Below are positions 61,224 to 64,000 of a stretch of 64,000 nt of DNA, piece after piece. The notes beneath the pieces are model-generated. The model made no database searches. It was not told the DNA's origin and saw only the letters and a list, made by a program, of their open reading frames with translations. Source of the stretch: Leptolyngbyaceae cyanobacterium (GTDB taxonomy: Bacteria; Cyanobacteriota; Cyanobacteriia; Phormidesmidales; Phormidesmidaceae); the NCBI GenBank assembly GCA_965263355.1, contig CBDHHL010000032.1, positions 3,072,001 through 3,136,000 of the forward strand, read 5' to 3'. Position numbers and translations under genes: made by a program. Each line of letters starts with the position of its first letter. The first letter of the stretch is position 1.

Positions 61224-62612
61224 TTATTTTCGTGTCACCAGGGTAGGAATTTGCGCGGCAATTAATATTTGAAATCGTCGCGTCAAGACAATAGCAGCGA
61301 CTAATTGCCCCAATGCTAAACACCACCATAAACCATTGCCTTGCCAACCAAACCACTGACCCATCACATAGCCTAAACCAATACCAATACCCCAATGGAC
61401 AAGCACATCCACCGTAGCCAGTAAATGCGTATCTTTGAGCCCTTGTAACGTGCCCGCACTGATAATGCGAATCCCTTGAGCAATCTGAAACACAACTCCC
61501 ACCTTAAAGAGCGCAGATGCAATATTGACCGTTGCTGCATTCTCTGGCAAATTCACGTCTAGATAGAAACTGGCAATAGTTTGGGGTAGTACCCACAGCG
61601 GTATAGCGAGAATCACCACCAAGATGAGATTCATTAGTAGGTTAGCTTGGGCTACTCTACGGGCTGCCCGAGGGTCTGCAGCACCCATTTTGTGACCTGT
61701 CCGCATGGCGGCGGCATAGGCAAAGCCCCAGGAAAACATCAGCAACAGTTCCGTAGTGGTCATGACAATGCGATGGGCTGCCAACAGCTCTGTGCTCCAT
61801 AGTCCCATCAACAAAGCTGCAGCTGTGAAGGCTCCCATCTCAGTACTGTAGTCGACACACAAAGGCCAACCAAGATGAATAATTTCGGCAAGGATGGCGC
61901 GATCGCACCGCCACCACCCCCTTAATAACCTCAATCGCTTCAGGGATGGATACAGCCGTAACACCACCACCGCCACCACAAAGTTGAACCAAAATACCAG
62001 AGTACTGGCCCAGCCAATGCCCGCCAGCCCTAACTCCGGCAATCCCCATGCCCCATAGGTCAGCCCGTAGTTCAAACCAATATTCAGCGGAATCCCCAGC
62101 CCCATGAGCACTAGCAACAGACCAGGTCGCGATAGTGCCGTCAAAATTTCCTTAAACACAAACAGCCCTAAGACTGCAGGCAGCCCCCACACAATCGCGT
62201 GTAAATAGATCGTTGCCAGCGATACAATAGCGGTCTGCTGACCAAAGATACGAAAGATGATATCCAGGTGCCAGATCAGCGCCATTACGGGTAAAGAAAT
62301 ACCAAAACTTAGCCACAGACCTTGAACATTGATGCGGCTAACCCGATAGTGATCGTTTGCGCCATGGGCTTCGGCTGCGATCGCACCCGTCATTTCTAAT
62401 AGACCAGCACATAGGAAAAACAGCATCCAAAACGAGGTTGCCCCCAACCCACCAGCCGCTAAGGCTATCGTGCCTAAGCCCCCCATCATCAGCGTATCCA
62501 CAAAGTTCACAGCACCCTCTGACAGCTGAATCAACATCAAAGGAATCGCTAATTTGAGGGAGGCCTTTGCTTCAGCCCAAAAGTGCGATCGCTGATTAAA
62601 AAAGATGCTCAT
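61224..62612 (-). CDS. MATE-family efflux transporter (NorM-like)
   Basis: LAIPL, FVDTLMMGGLG, LPELGLAGIGWAS, about 12 TM helices. Confidence 0.9.
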   Translation of the reverse strand: MSIFFNQRSHFWAEAKASLKLAIPLMLIQLSEGAVNFVDTLMMGGLGTIALAAGGLGATSFWMLFFLCAGLLEMTGAIAAEAHGANDHYRVSRINVQGLWLSFGISLPVMALIWHLDIIFRIFGQQTAIVSLATIYLHAIVWGLPAVLGLFVFKEILTALSRPGLLLVLMGLGIPLNIGLNYGLTYGAWGLPELGLAGIGWASTLVFWFNFVVAVVVLRLYPSLKRLRLLRGWWRCDRAILAEIIHLGWPLCVDYSTEMGAFTAAALLMGLWSTELLAAHRIVMTTTELLLMFSWGFAYAAAMRTGHKMGAADPRAARRVAQANLLMNLILVVILAIPLWVLPQTIASFYLDVNLPENAATVNIASALFKVGVVFQIAQGIRIISAGTLQGLKDTHLLATVDVLVHWGIGIGLGYVMGQWFGWQGNGLWWCLALGQLVAAIVLTRRFQILIAAQIPTLVTRK

Positions 62613-62795
62613 AGTAGATGCAGCGTGATGCCATTAAGTAAATTCAGACGGTTAATCGCAAATTTCAGACATGCCCCTCCATTCACCTTAAGGCCCATAG
62701 CGGACACAGTACAGATACCAAACCCATACCTACCCCAGGTGATAGCACCACCGATACACTACAGTCTTAATAATTAATTGACTTTGATTTGCTAA

Positions 62796-64000
<1,205 letters not shown>

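Overview
Chromosomal window from a cyanobacterium. The evidence is a form IB rbcL-rbcX-rbcS operon, purD next to nblS/hik33, many HIP1 octamers (GCGATCGC) and GTAG-type REP palindromes. Most genes are housekeeping or conserved: gltBD, panB, purD, an infC homologue, htpX, bcp, an rbp RNA-binding protein and several transporters. The most striking feature is a co-oriented 11-kb cluster (about 42.5-53.8 kb). It encodes a double alpha/beta-hydrolase, an acyl-CoA ligase homologue, a 3-hydroxyacyl-CoA dehydrogenase/enoyl-CoA hydratase, a thiolase and a FadE-type acyl-CoA dehydrogenase. Together these form an apparent fatty-acid beta-oxidation operon in a phylum generally regarded as lacking this pathway, although the ligase has degenerate catalytic motifs. 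Other notable items are a PARIS-like ABC-ATPase + TOPRIM pair behind rbcS, a voltage-sensor/RCK channel with a non-GYG filter, and a cNMP/pseudo-AAA+/membrane Fe-S fusion. A secreted-protein gene is frameshifted inside an 18-bp tandem repeat, a nucleoside hydrolase is truncated by a 42-bp copy of its own 3' end, and there are juxtaposed IS remnants. Two genes cut by the window edges are missing from the ORF track: a minimal nucleotidyltransferase and cfa. All family assignments come from motifs read by eye; no database search was run.
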